A stretch of DNA of 64,000 nucleotides from Bacteroidota bacterium (GCA_024679565.1 JAIBDD010000003.1:42773-106772), one strand, 5' to 3'; counted from the first letter of the stretch, positions 28,713-38,872 are shown. Notes: generated by a model from the letters alone, not told the origin. A program made the numbers and translations.

Positions 28713-29440
28713 TGCGTGTTAGACTGTGTGCATTCTTCGCTTGTATTGCCTTTGTTACCTGCACACCAATCAAGGTTAAATCTCCATATGATACGCCTGG
28801 TACTTACCTGTATCTATCCCATCATTCAAACGGCCAAATCAGCATAAGTGTTCAACTAATTAAGTATAGACAGAATGGATTACTGCGCGCGTATTACCCA
28901 AACGGACAGCTAAAGTTTACCCAGTTTTGGGATTATGGTCACCGTATAGGAGACACAAGGTTTTACGATTCTTCAGGGCAATTACGACTGCATACAGAGA
29001 AGAAGTTTTCAATAGAGCAGGGATTACAGCGTCTTGGGGCTTATGAATACCTGAGGGACACTAATTATTTCCCTGACAATCAAGACTTGTATGACAAACT
29101 ATCGAAGGAAAACATCACAGTGGTAGTTCCAGATGTCGTGGAAAAAATCGATTCATTACTTGAAATAACGTCGTACCCAACTTCAACCGCCGATGGTCGT
29201 CATTTGTTCTCCATCTCCACTCCGAATGTGCCATTCACCACAATCTCATTATCTACAAAAAATGGTGTTGTTCGTGCAGCGTCACCACTAGATTGTGGTT
29301 ACCAACGAATTGACAAAGTATTTCGACGTTGTTTTGAATTAATTCCAAACGACTCCATATCCACAATGGCCGTCGACATTTCAGGTGTTATAAACCAACG
29401 CGTCATTGCGTTCAATACAAGACAAATTAAAGTTCAATAA
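28712..29440 (+). CDS. hypothetical lipoprotein (possible MORN-variant repeats)
   Basis: Lipobox FVTC. Repeat-like segments YYPNGQLKF and FYDSSGQLRL. Confidence 0.45.
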   Translation: MRVRLCAFFACIAFVTCTPIKVKSPYDTPGTYLYLSHHSNGQISISVQLIKYRQNGLLRAYYPNGQLKFTQFWDYGHRIGDTRFYDSSGQLRLHTEKKFSIEQGLQRLGAYEYLRDTNYFPDNQDLYDKLSKENITVVVPDVVEKIDSLLEITSYPTSTADGRHLFSISTPNVPFTTISLSTKNGVVRAASPLDCGYQRIDKVFRRCFELIPNDSISTMAVDISGVINQRVIAFNTRQIKVQ

Positions 29441-29473
29441 AAAACTCCGACAACCTTTGGTTGACGGAGTTTA
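29440..29473. terminator. bidirectional hairpin terminator between convergent genes
   Basis: AAACTCCGACAACC-TTT-GGTTGACGGAGTTT forms about a 13-bp stem with one mismatch. It is flanked by an A-run and a T-run. Confidence 0.6.
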
Positions 29474-29497
29474 CACTTTTTATACTAATACACAGTC

Positions 29498-30529
29498 TTA
29501 AGATTCTTCTGCTTTTGCAGCGACAGGTTCAGGATCACCTAACACTTTCGCTTTTACTTTGTCCTCAATTTCGTCCATTAATTCCGGATTATCAAGCAAT
29601 AATTTTTTCACAGAGTCTCTCCCCTGCCCTAGCTTAGTTCCATTGTAGCTAAACCAGCTTCCACTTTTCTTCACAATTTCAGCCTCAACACCTAAGTCAA
29701 GTACTTCTCCTGCTTTTGAAACACCTTCTCCGTACATGATATCAAATTCAACTACTCGGAAAGGCGGTGCCACTTTGTTTTTAGCCACTTTTACTTTTAC
29801 CCGGTTACCAACAATGTCAACCCCATCTTTTATTTGACCTATTCTGCGTATATCTAATCGAACAGAAGAGTAGAATTTTAACGCATTACCACCCGTGGTG
29901 GTTTCAGGATTTCCAAACATCACGCCTATCTTCTCTCGTAGTTGGTTAATAAAAATACAAATACAACCTGTTTTGCTGATCGTTCCTGTAAGCTTACGCA
30001 AAGCCTGAGACATCAAACGTGCTTGTAAGCCCATTTTCGAATCCCCCATGTCACCTTCCAATTCCGCTCGAGGAACCAATGCAGCAACAGAGTCAATAAC
30101 GATGATATCAATCGCACCTGAACGAATCAAATTGTCAGCTATTTCTAAAGCTTGCTCCCCGTCGTCTGGTTGAGCTATTAATAACTCATCTGTATCTACG
30201 CCAATTTTTTCGGCATAAAACCTATCAAAAGCATGTTCCGCATCAACAAAGGCTGCAATCCCACCCTTTTTTTGTGCCTCAGCAACACAGTGCATGGCTA
30301 ATGTCGTTTTACCCGATGCTTCTGGCCCATATATCTCAACAACTCGACCTTTTGGTAAACCACCAATGCCCAAGGCCATATCTAAGCCTAACGATCCAGT
30401 GGAAATTGAAGGAATATTAACAACGGAATCATCATCCATTTTCATAACAACACCCTTACCATACGATTTCTCTAACTTGTCAATGGTCAGTTTTAGTGCT
30501 TTTAACTTCTCTGCGTTTTCGTTCGCCAT
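29498..30529 (-). CDS. recA: recombinase RecA
   Basis: P-loop [12 protein letters not shown]-type motif ([14 protein letters not shown]). Collinear with the RecA family over its full length. Confidence 0.97.
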   Translation of the reverse strand: MANENAEKLKALKLTIDKLEKSYGKGVVMKMDDDSVVNIPSISTGSLGLDMALGIGGLPKGRVVEIYGPEASGKTTLAMHCVAEAQKKGGIAAFVDAEHAFDRFYAEKIGVDTDELLIAQPDDGEQALEIADNLIRSGAIDIIVIDSVAALVPRAELEGDMGDSKMGLQARLMSQALRKLTGTISKTGCICIFINQLREKIGVMFGNPETTTGGNALKFYSSVRLDIRRIGQIKDGVDIVGNRVKVKVAKNKVAPPFRVVEFDIMYGEGVSKAGEVLDLGVEAEIVKKSGSWFSYNGTKLGQGRDSVKKLLLDNPELMDEIEDKVKAKVLGDPEPVAAKAEES

Positions 30530-30551
30530 GTCTTTAATTTTTTTCGTAGTT

Positions 30552-30580
30552 CAAATATAAACCATGCGTAAACTGAACAA
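30552..30580 (-). promoter_or_regulatory. candidate recA promoter (TTG-N18-TATATTTG on the minus strand)
   Basis: The reverse complement of 30552-30559 is TATATTTG, 22 nt upstream of the recA ATG. A TTG lies 18 nt further upstream. Confidence 0.4.
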
Positions 30581-30696
30581 ATCTCCTCCCACTTTTTGTT
30601 GATAAGTAAACTCCTAATGCAGCCTCGACCATACGTTAAGCACAAAAAACAACGTTAATGTGGAAATGTTCTACTTCGTAACACGTTGTGTTGATT

Positions 30697-30704
30697 TAAT
30701 TTTG
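30697..30704 (+). promoter_or_regulatory. candidate -7 box TAATTTTG
   Basis: It matches TAnnTTTG and lies 13 nt before the ATG at 30718. Confidence 0.35.
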
Positions 30705-30717
30705 AGTGATTTATTTT

Positions 30718-32358
30718 ATGGGTAAAAGAGCGCTTTTTCTATTGTTAACCTTCGGTTTCACTACCCAGGTTTACGTCTTTGGTCAAACAGATACGTCAAC
30801 GACTATGTCGATTGACATCAAGTCGGATTACGAACCTAAGGTATCTGCTGCCAACAAGATTATCACAAAACCAGATATTCAACCGATTAAAAGTGAAAAA
30901 CCAAGTTTTACTTACGATCTACCCAATTTTGCCTATTCGGTATTGCCTACCTATAGAGCCGCTAAAGCTATCGGAATTAAGTCTGAACGTGATGAGCCAT
31001 TGTTTGGCAATTACTTTAAACTGGGGGGTGGCAATTACCTTACACCTTACGCCGAGTTAAGAATTCATAGCGTTAGAAATAAGAAATACAATTACGGTTT
31101 TTATGGTAAACACCTGTCTGCCAATGCCGGAAATCCCGAAAATGCAGATTTCAGTGACAACCATCTAGGTGTGGTTGGATCCAAAATGGGCAACAAAGGT
31201 GAACTCACTGGTAAACTTGATTATGAGCGTCATGTAGTTCACTTCTATGGGTATGACCCAGACAGTTTTACGTTTGAAAAACGTCAAATCAACCAAATTT
31301 TCAACGACTTTAATGGCCAAGTGCTCTACAACCGAGGGTACGACGAAAAACGTATTGGCACACAATTGGGATTTAATTTCTACACCTTCGGCACCCACGG
31401 AAACCGCAGAGAAAATGATTTTGAAGGTAGCTTCCGCTCAAAGTTCAAACTAGGACAGCGAAGAGAAATAGACGTAGATGGTAAAGTAGATTACACAAAC
31501 ATTATAGACAACGCCTCACCAGCTTATGCACGAACCTTCGTTCGCATACTTCCGTCTTATTCTTTCCGATACAAAAAAGTTGATTTAAGAATTGGCGCTA
31601 ATGCTGTTGTAGCCGTTGATAGTGTTGGAGGAACTTTCAGGTTATTTCCTGATGTAGATATTGAGCACTTTTTAGTACCTAGAAAAGTAAGAGCATTTGC
31701 AGGCCTCAACGGCGATGTCAAGAAAAACAGTTTAAGACAGTTGTCTTATGTAAATCCATTTGTGAGCAACGACATTGAGATTCGAAATACAATTAACAGC
31801 TTTAATATTTTCGGTGGGTTAAAAGGTGTCTTGATTAAAAAGATTGATTACTTGCTAAAAGTACGTTACTCTATCGACAACGATTTACCACTCTTTCTAA
31901 CAGATTCTATTGCAACAAGATCATTTGGTGTTGTGTATGACGATGTTCAAACGGTTGCCTTTACCACTGGCTTGGGGTATCGACTTGATGAGCGGTTTTT
32001 CATTCAATTCAATACGACCTTGTACAATTACAAGGCAAATGTGCAAGAACAAGCATGGCAGCTACCAGCCATAGATGCAGATTTAAATATGCGCTTCACG
32101 GTGGCTAAAAAATTGAATATGCGTGTTCAACTGTATGCCATAGGTGAGCGATTTCAGCGTGATATGTTTACCGAAACAAAACCAGTCGAAACCTTATCTC
32201 CATTTCTGGATGTAAACGTTATGGCAGACTACAGATACAAGAAAAACATCTCGTTCTTTTTGAACGTAAATAATATTTCAAATTCTAGGTACCAAAAATG
32301 GTATGCATATCCATCTTTTGGACTTAATTTGTTGGCAGGAATTACCTTTTCACTATAA
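30718..32358 (+). CDS. putative outer-membrane beta-barrel (putative-porin family)
   Basis: It has a signal peptide, beta-strand periodicity and a C-terminal aromatic-rich strand (LLAGITFSL). I chose the ATG at 30718. Confidence 0.55.
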   Translation: MGKRALFLLLTFGFTTQVYVFGQTDTSTTMSIDIKSDYEPKVSAANKIITKPDIQPIKSEKPSFTYDLPNFAYSVLPTYRAAKAIGIKSERDEPLFGNYFKLGGGNYLTPYAELRIHSVRNKKYNYGFYGKHLSANAGNPENADFSDNHLGVVGSKMGNKGELTGKLDYERHVVHFYGYDPDSFTFEKRQINQIFNDFNGQVLYNRGYDEKRIGTQLGFNFYTFGTHGNRRENDFEGSFRSKFKLGQRREIDVDGKVDYTNIIDNASPAYARTFVRILPSYSFRYKKVDLRIGANAVVAVDSVGGTFRLFPDVDIEHFLVPRKVRAFAGLNGDVKKNSLRQLSYVNPFVSNDIEIRNTINSFNIFGGLKGVLIKKIDYLLKVRYSIDNDLPLFLTDSIATRSFGVVYDDVQTVAFTTGLGYRLDERFFIQFNTTLYNYKANVQEQAWQLPAIDADLNMRFTVAKKLNMRVQLYAIGERFQRDMFTETKPVETLSPFLDVNVMADYRYKKNISFFLNVNNISNSRYQKWYAYPSFGLNLLAGITFSL

Positions 32359-32381
32359 CTTGAAAGCAACGAATTAAATAT

Positions 32382-33578
32382 ATGGAGTTAATCGATTTAG
32401 TTTCCGAATTATTATATAACAAAAACTGTGTTATCATTCCCAACTTTGGTGGGTTTGTCGGGAATTTTAAGTCTACGGATTTTGATGAAAATCGATTGCT
32501 TGTTTCCCCTACTCGAAAGAGAGTTGCTTTTAACGAAAGCTTGATTGAAAATGATGGTTTCCTTATTCATGCCCTACAAAAGCGTAAAGGCATTTCTTAC
32601 GAGCAAAGTGAAAAAGAAGTGGCGCTATTTGCTTCATTTCTTAAGGATAGACTTACGAAGTACAAAAACTACGAGTTTAAAAACCTAGGGTCGCTATATT
32701 TAAACAAAGAGGATAAACTAATCTTTGTGGCCTACGATGGTGCAAACTTTCACAAAAAAAGTTATGGGCTTTCAGACGTAAAAATTAAGCGACTGACAGA
32801 CGCCAGTGCTACGATACTAAAGCCGACGATCACAGATCAAGACAAACCGAAGATTGTCCCCATCCAGGAAGCCCCTACAAAGAGCCGTTTTTATTTCCCT
32901 CAGATAGCAGCCTCTATGGCGATATTATCTTTGTTCGGCGTCATGTTATGGCAACTGCTGCGCACATCCGCAGACCACCCATTAGTTGAGAATACCGTAG
33001 AGAACACTTCCGATACCGAGTCTACCGCTTCCATCATACCAGATATTGATTTGACGGAAGACGCTACTGCAAGTGGTGATTCTGAACCAGAAATTGCGAC
33101 CTCAATCAAATATGAGGATATTACAGATGAAGAAATTACGCCTTCACCTAAGCGTGATGTAGCACCGGTCAAAGAACCTGTGGTTGCAGAAACAAAGGTT
33201 ACCGTTAAAGAGCCTATAAAACAGACGCTAAAGGAAGTAATTCCAACCATAGAGCAACCTGAAGTTAAAGCACCAATAGTAGAAACTATAAAAGAGAAAA
33301 CTGAGATCAAGACAACATCAAACGACTTGAAACCGTTTAATCCTTTTACAGAAACTGTTTACTACATCGCTGTTGCAAAAAATTATACCGATAAGGTAGC
33401 CTCTCTTAAGAGAACCAAGTTAGAGAAGCGTGAATATGACGTATTTGAACTTGTAACACCTGATGCTAAAGTTTTATGCATCGAGAAGTTTATATCAAAA
33501 AAGAATGCGCAAGACTTTTTGAAACTGGTTAAACGATATGATGATCGTTATGCGTTCATATTTGAAAACGAAGAATAA
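32382..33578 (+). CDS. HU-CCDC81-like N-terminal domain protein with a SPOR-like C-terminus
   Basis: The N-terminus is VIIPNFGGFVGNF. A TM helix follows, then an acidic/Pro-rich linker, then a C-terminal SPOR-like module. Confidence 0.65.
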   Translation: MELIDLVSELLYNKNCVIIPNFGGFVGNFKSTDFDENRLLVSPTRKRVAFNESLIENDGFLIHALQKRKGISYEQSEKEVALFASFLKDRLTKYKNYEFKNLGSLYLNKEDKLIFVAYDGANFHKKSYGLSDVKIKRLTDASATILKPTITDQDKPKIVPIQEAPTKSRFYFPQIAASMAILSLFGVMLWQLLRTSADHPLVENTVENTSDTESTASIIPDIDLTEDATASGDSEPEIATSIKYEDITDEEITPSPKRDVAPVKEPVVAETKVTVKEPIKQTLKEVIPTIEQPEVKAPIVETIKEKTEIKTTSNDLKPFNPFTETVYYIAVAKNYTDKVASLKRTKLEKREYDVFELVTPDAKVLCIEKFISKKNAQDFLKLVKRYDDRYAFIFENEE

Positions 33579-33605
33579 ATAATTGAAATAATAATATTTA
33601 GATAG

Positions 33606-34298
33606 ATGAAATCAATTTTGTTGCAAGCACCTACTGTTGCCAGCGATACAACCGGCTTGGTTGTGGAAACAGAAAAGCAAATGAATGTACTTGATATTGC
33701 CTTAAACGGCGGTATTATGCTAATCCCAATCGTTATTCTTAGCATAATAGCCATATATCTATTGGTTGAACGATATCTTACCATTAAGAAAGCACGCGAA
33801 TACGATCCTTTGTTTATGAAACGTATTAAAGACATGGTGCTTGAAGGCAACATCAAAGGTGCCCAAAGTTTATGTGAGGCAACGAATACACCAATAGCTA
33901 GAATGCTTGAAAAAGGATTGTCACGAATTGGAAAACCTTTACAAGACGTTCAGGTGGCAGTACAAAACGTTGGAAACCTTGAAGTCTCTAAGCTAGAGAA
34001 AGGAATGCCTTTATTAGCAACTATCTCTGGAGCTGCGCCAATGATTGGTTTCTTAGGAACGGTAACGGGTATGATCAAGACCTTCTATACACTATCTCAA
34101 AATGCAGACGGTATTCAAGTTGGATCTTTATCTGGTGGTATATACGAGGCGATGGTAACCACGGTTGGTGGTTTGATTGTCGGAATTATCGCATACATCA
34201 GTTATAACTCATTAACCTCGATGATTGACAAAGTGATTTACAGAATGGAGTCTACATCGATGGAATTTTTAGATATTTTACACGAACCTGCTTCGTAA
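33606..34298 (+). CDS. exbB: MotA/TolQ/ExbB proton-channel protein
   Basis: It has 3 TM helices and the conserved APMIGFLGTVTGMI segment. Confidence 0.85.
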   Translation: MKSILLQAPTVASDTTGLVVETEKQMNVLDIALNGGIMLIPIVILSIIAIYLLVERYLTIKKAREYDPLFMKRIKDMVLEGNIKGAQSLCEATNTPIARMLEKGLSRIGKPLQDVQVAVQNVGNLEVSKLEKGMPLLATISGAAPMIGFLGTVTGMIKTFYTLSQNADGIQVGSLSGGIYEAMVTTVGGLIVGIIAYISYNSLTSMIDKVIYRMESTSMEFLDILHEPAS

Positions 34299-34322
34299 TA
34301 CGTTACTAATGAAGAGGTTGTT

Positions 34323-34718
34323 ATGAAATTAAAAAGAAGAAATAAGGTAGCTGCAGAATTTAATATGTCGTCTATGACGGATATTATCTTCTTGTTGCTC
34401 ATCTTTTTTATCATTACTTCTAAGTTTACGCCTGAACCTATCTTAAAGGTTTTACTTCCCAAAGGGTCTAAAACCACTACAACAAAACAATTGATTAAGG
34501 TGGCGGTGAGTACAGACTTGGAATATTCAGTGGATGATCAAAAAGTTTCGTTTGACCGTTTACCTGGAGCACTAGATGCGGCATTAACCCAAAACCCAGG
34601 GGCAACTGTGTCTATATATGGCGATAAAAGGGTCAATTACGAGAAGGTAATGGATTTGGTATATATGGTCAATGAACTAGGTGGAAAACCTGTTTTAGCA
34701 TTGAAGCCTGTGAAATAA
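34323..34718 (+). CDS. exbD: ExbD/TolR biopolymer transport protein
   Basis: The N-terminus carries MSSMTDIIFLLLIFFII and the periplasmic domain is ExbD-like. Confidence 0.85.
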   Translation: MKLKRRNKVAAEFNMSSMTDIIFLLLIFFIITSKFTPEPILKVLLPKGSKTTTTKQLIKVAVSTDLEYSVDDQKVSFDRLPGALDAALTQNPGATVSIYGDKRVNYEKVMDLVYMVNELGGKPVLALKPVK

Positions 34719-34728
34719 AAACAACGTT

Positions 34729-35526
34729 ATGGATTTAAGTCACGATCACGACCGCAAAGGATTAGTAGCAACCATACTCATCCACAGTATCATCTTTTTA
34801 TTGATGCTGATTTGGATAATGGGCGAAGCTAAAGACATGGAAGAACCAGCAGGTGGCGTTGAGGTTAGCTTTGGCGACCCCGCAGCCGGAGGCGCGTCCG
34901 ATATTTCTCAAGTGGCTAACACTACACCTACTGTTACACCTCCTTCCAACCCAACCCCATCCACCACACAAAACGATGATCCGGTTGTGACCAATGATGA
35001 TTCTGAGCAGCCAGAAATGGATGAAAGTCAGAAACAAACTCAGCAAACAACGAAGACTGAGCCTACTAAAGAAACAACAAAAACACAAGAACCTACTATC
35101 TCCGAAGCTCAAAAAGCAATGGAGCGTTGGAAAAACAAAAAGGCAAATTCGAATAAAACGACCAGTACTGGCGATGGCGACAAGGATGGACCCAAAGGTG
35201 ATCCTGGAGCTAAGCAAAAAGGCCCTGGTGGCAAATCATCCGGAACCATGGGTAATGTGAATTACAACTTAGACGGATTTGGCATTTCGAAGAATCCTAA
35301 CATCGTGAATACGAGTCAAGATGATGGATCGGTTAAAGTAGCATTTTGTGTAGATAAAAACGGAAAGCTAATTCCGAGTTCATTACGGATTGCTGGAGGT
35401 ACAGCCACAAGTAGCTATTTAAAAAAGCTAAGTAAAGACGCCATAAAGCGATTTGAGTTTTATCCATTTGGAAACCAAGCTGCTACAAATTGTGGAACCA
35501 TTACATTCAACTACGCTTTACACTAA
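34729..35526 (+). CDS. TonB-like energy transducer
   Basis: It has an N-terminal TM helix, a Pro/Thr/Lys-rich spacer and a TonB_C-like C-terminus. Confidence 0.6.
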   Translation: MDLSHDHDRKGLVATILIHSIIFLLMLIWIMGEAKDMEEPAGGVEVSFGDPAAGGASDISQVANTTPTVTPPSNPTPSTTQNDDPVVTNDDSEQPEMDESQKQTQQTTKTEPTKETTKTQEPTISEAQKAMERWKNKKANSNKTTSTGDGDKDGPKGDPGAKQKGPGGKSSGTMGNVNYNLDGFGISKNPNIVNTSQDDGSVKVAFCVDKNGKLIPSSLRIAGGTATSSYLKKLSKDAIKRFEFYPFGNQAATNCGTITFNYALH

Positions 35527-35532
35527 TTTCTC

Positions 35533-36771
35533 TTGACTTACGCTCAAACACTTGAGTATTTATTTGCACAGCTCCCCATGTACCAAAGGGTTGGTGCTGC
35601 TGCCTATAAAAAAGACTTAACCAACACATTTAAGCTTTGTGAGGCGCTTGATAACCCCCAACATAAATTTAAATCGGTTCACATAGCAGGTACCAACGGC
35701 AAAGGCAGTGTTTCGCACATGCTTGCTTCCGTATTCCAACAAAATGGTTTTAAAACCGGATTGTACACCTCGCCACATTTAGTTGACTTTAGAGAACGTA
35801 TACGGATAAATGGTGCATGTGTTTCGGAGGAAATTGTCATAGACTTCGTCACAAAGATTTCAAAGGCATTAGAAGACATCAAACCTTCTTTTTTTGAAAT
35901 TACCGTTGCCATGGCACTTTATTATTTCGCAGAGCAACAAGTTGACATCGCCGTAATTGAAACTGGATTAGGCGGAAGACTAGATAGCACCAATGTAGTA
36001 ACTCCTGAAGTAAGTATCATAACCAATATTGGTTTAGACCACACAGACATGTTAGGGGATACGCTTCCCTTAATTGCCACCGAGAAAGCCGGTATTATCA
36101 AAAATGACATTCCTGTCGTAATTGGTGAGCGGCACCCCGAAACGAATAACGTATTCGTTGATAAAGCAAACGAAACCAACTCAGTTATAACATTTGCAGA
36201 AGATATGGTTAAGCCTAATAAGATTTGGCAGACTGACTTGCTGGGGTATTATCAAGTGCAAAATGTGCGTACCGCAATGGCCGGATTGGTTGCGCTTAAT
36301 AACATTGGTTGGGGGTTAGACATACAGAAATGTCGGAAAGGCATTAGAAACGTTGTTAAAAATACGGGTATACAAGGTCGATGGCAAATCATTCAAGACA
36401 CTCCGAAAGTCATTTGCGATACAGGGCATAACACCGAAGGCATCGAAGAAATTGTGATGCAGCTTGAACAGGAAGACTGCGACCAACTGCACATTGTTTT
36501 TGGCCAGGTTCAAGGTAAAGACACAGCCAACGTATTACAATTGTTACCCCAAAATGCACAATACTATTTCTGCAAACCCAATATAGTAAGAGGCTTAGAC
36601 AGCACTATACTGGCTAAATCGGCTACTGATGCTGGTTTAACTAGTGATGTGTTTGATAGTGTTATGACAGCCTATACCGCCGCACTTGTTGCCGCCTCCC
36701 CTGATGACGTCATCTTTGTTGGTGGAAGTACGTTTGTAGTCGCAGACCTTTTGGAGGGGTTGAAGGATTGA
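35533..36771 (+). CDS. folC: bifunctional folylpolyglutamate synthase / dihydrofolate synthase
   Basis: Mur-ligase P-loop HIAGTNGKGS. It has a TTG start and is 412 aa. Confidence 0.9.
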   Translation: MTYAQTLEYLFAQLPMYQRVGAAAYKKDLTNTFKLCEALDNPQHKFKSVHIAGTNGKGSVSHMLASVFQQNGFKTGLYTSPHLVDFRERIRINGACVSEEIVIDFVTKISKALEDIKPSFFEITVAMALYYFAEQQVDIAVIETGLGGRLDSTNVVTPEVSIITNIGLDHTDMLGDTLPLIATEKAGIIKNDIPVVIGERHPETNNVFVDKANETNSVITFAEDMVKPNKIWQTDLLGYYQVQNVRTAMAGLVALNNIGWGLDIQKCRKGIRNVVKNTGIQGRWQIIQDTPKVICDTGHNTEGIEEIVMQLEQEDCDQLHIVFGQVQGKDTANVLQLLPQNAQYYFCKPNIVRGLDSTILAKSATDAGLTSDVFDSVMTAYTAALVAASPDDVIFVGGSTFVVADLLEGLKD

Positions 36772-36815
36772 ATGTCTGAATGTCTGAAGGATTGAAGGAT
36801 TGGAATGAATGAATA
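36760..36815 (+). repeat. GAATGTCT/GAAGGATT word-repeat block overlapping the folC stop codon
   Basis: The sequence reads TTGAAGGATTGAATGTCTGAATGTCTGAAGGATTGAAGGATTGGAATGAATGAATAG. The last folC codons AAG GAT TGA are part of the repeat word. Confidence 0.85.
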
Positions 36816-36986
36816 GTTATTTTTCGCTTTTCACTTTTAATTATTCAATGAACACCTGCGTTATAGTCTTCCACTACTGAGACCGTCACCCACCCACATC
36901 ATACACCCCGGATTGTTTTTGGGCCTCGCGCGCTTCACCTTGTCGGAAAATTCTGCACGATTCAATTCAACATCAAAAATTAAGAA

Positions 36987-38165
36987 TTAAGAATTTCTAG
37001 ACGCTTTGCGTCTAGAAAGTTCCTTCACAATAAGCGACATCTCACGACCTACTTGACCTGCTACAGAACTATTTTCTTGGGCTCGTCGGCCTAAATAGGG
37101 AAGTACAGCCTGAATTGGCCCATAAGGCAAATATTTGGCAACATTATATCCAGCCTGAGCTAAATTAAAGGAGATATTATCACTCATGCCATATAATTGT
37201 GCGAACCAGAAATGATGGTTTTTTCGGTCTACACCAGCTTTTTCCATAAGCTCGGTCAATAACCGAGCGCTATCTTCGTTGTGCGTACCGAGGCAAGTCG
37301 ATACGATTGCCCTATTATCAAAACAGGCAATTAAGGCTGCGTCAAAATCTCGATCTGTGCTTTCTTTGTTTGGTTGAATAGGACTTTCATATCCCATTTC
37401 CGCAGCTCGCTCACGCTCTTTTTCCATATAAGCACCACGAACCAATTTATAACCTAGTTTAAAATTTTCGTTTTGCGCAATTTCAATCGTTGCGGTAAGA
37501 TATTCTAGTCGATCGGTACGGTACATCTGAAGCGTATTGTAAATAACAACTTCTGTTTTATTGTGATTTCGCATCAAGTCGAGCACAATGTCATCAATTA
37601 CGTCCTGTATCCATGTTTCTTCTGCGTCTATCAATAAACGAACGTGGTGTTCATTTGCATACGAGGCTATAGACTCTATTCGTGTTCTAATTCGTTCAAA
37701 TACGTCCTTTCCAGATGCATCTAACGACCCATTGCTTGCTTGTTCTAATATGTGTAATGGACCAATACCTGTACATTTAAACACAGCAAACGGGTACTTA
37801 AGGTCTTGTTGTGCTGCGTAAATGGTTCGTTTTATTTCGTCAACGTTCTGTTCAAATGTTGCTTCATCTTCAACACCTTCAACAGAATAATCAAGGATAG
37901 ACCCTACCCCACTTTTAAATAGAACATCACCAGCCTGATCACATTCTTGAATGGTTTCTCCACCACAAAATTGTTCAAATATGGTACGCTTCACCAAACC
38001 TTTTATCGGCAATCTAAGTTTTAAGCCAAAAGCCGTTAACCCTGGTCCAAATTTGACCAACCATTTATAATTAAATATCGAAAAAAGCCATTTAGCTTGT
38101 TTCAGTTTGGCGTCCGATTTATGTTTGAACGCAACTTCGGTATTATCGAACGATACTTGTGTCAT
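36987..38165 (-). CDS. proline dehydrogenase
   Basis: The PutA-type TIM-barrel C-terminal region is present (FAQLYGMSDNISF...YLPYGP..PYLGRRAQEN). Confidence 0.85.
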   Translation of the reverse strand: MTQVSFDNTEVAFKHKSDAKLKQAKWLFSIFNYKWLVKFGPGLTAFGLKLRLPIKGLVKRTIFEQFCGGETIQECDQAGDVLFKSGVGSILDYSVEGVEDEATFEQNVDEIKRTIYAAQQDLKYPFAVFKCTGIGPLHILEQASNGSLDASGKDVFERIRTRIESIASYANEHHVRLLIDAEETWIQDVIDDIVLDLMRNHNKTEVVIYNTLQMYRTDRLEYLTATIEIAQNENFKLGYKLVRGAYMEKERERAAEMGYESPIQPNKESTDRDFDAALIACFDNRAIVSTCLGTHNEDSARLLTELMEKAGVDRKNHHFWFAQLYGMSDNISFNLAQAGYNVAKYLPYGPIQAVLPYLGRRAQENSSVAGQVGREMSLIVKELSRRKASRNS

Positions 38166-38175
38166 TATTTACAAG

Positions 38176-38183
38176 CAAAAATA
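38176..38183 (-). promoter_or_regulatory. candidate -7 box (TATTTTTG on the minus strand)
   Basis: It matches TAnnTTTG and lies 10 nt upstream of the proline dehydrogenase ATG. This would give a very short leader. Confidence 0.3.
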
Positions 38184-38222
38184 CTTGAAAAACACGTCTC
38201 ATTTCACTGATTTTAATCCAAT

Positions 38223-38840
38223 TTGAATCGCTATTTCTTTGTTGCTCCATTCTATGATTTGCTCAAGCGAATATCTTTCGGTGATGCGTTAAATAATGCA
38301 ACAATCAATTACATGAGTGAACTGTCTGAATACAAAGACTTCTTAATTGTCGGTGGCGGATCGGGCATTAGCTTGCCTCAATTCAATCAGGACCAAAATA
38401 TCCAATTTATTGACTCCAATGCATCGATGATCGCGAGAGCCAAAAAACGAAAAACCAACGCTGCAGTGCATTACCACGCTATACGCTTCGAAGCCTTTGA
38501 TACGAACCAAAAATTTGATGTCATCTGTTTTCCGTTCTTCTTAGACCTATACAATCAAAACGAGGCAACATCTATACTGGACAGAGCAAAAAGTCTATTA
38601 AATGACTCTGGTAGATTAGTTGTGACGGACTTTTATTCTATCAAAAAACTATCGAACTGGCGCCAAAAACTATTATTGAGGACAGTCATTGTCTTTTTTA
38701 ATATTACAACTTGGCATCGCCATTCAAAAATTTTCAACATACCTAACACAATTAAAGCATCTAATTTTCAATGCATTAACTTAAAAGAATTTGCTAATGG
38801 AATGGTGTTTGCATCACTTTGGAAAAAGGCAGAACACTAA
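38223..38840 (+). CDS. class I SAM-dependent methyltransferase-like protein
   Basis: Motif I-like LIVGGGSG and an acidic post-I residue. It has a TTG start. Confidence 0.5.
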   Translation: MNRYFFVAPFYDLLKRISFGDALNNATINYMSELSEYKDFLIVGGGSGISLPQFNQDQNIQFIDSNASMIARAKKRKTNAAVHYHAIRFEAFDTNQKFDVICFPFFLDLYNQNEATSILDRAKSLLNDSGRLVVTDFYSIKKLSNWRQKLLLRTVIVFFNITTWHRHSKIFNIPNTIKASNFQCINLKEFANGMVFASLWKKAEH

Positions 38841-38872
38841 AAGTCAACTTTGTTCTGTTGTTATAAAAGCAA

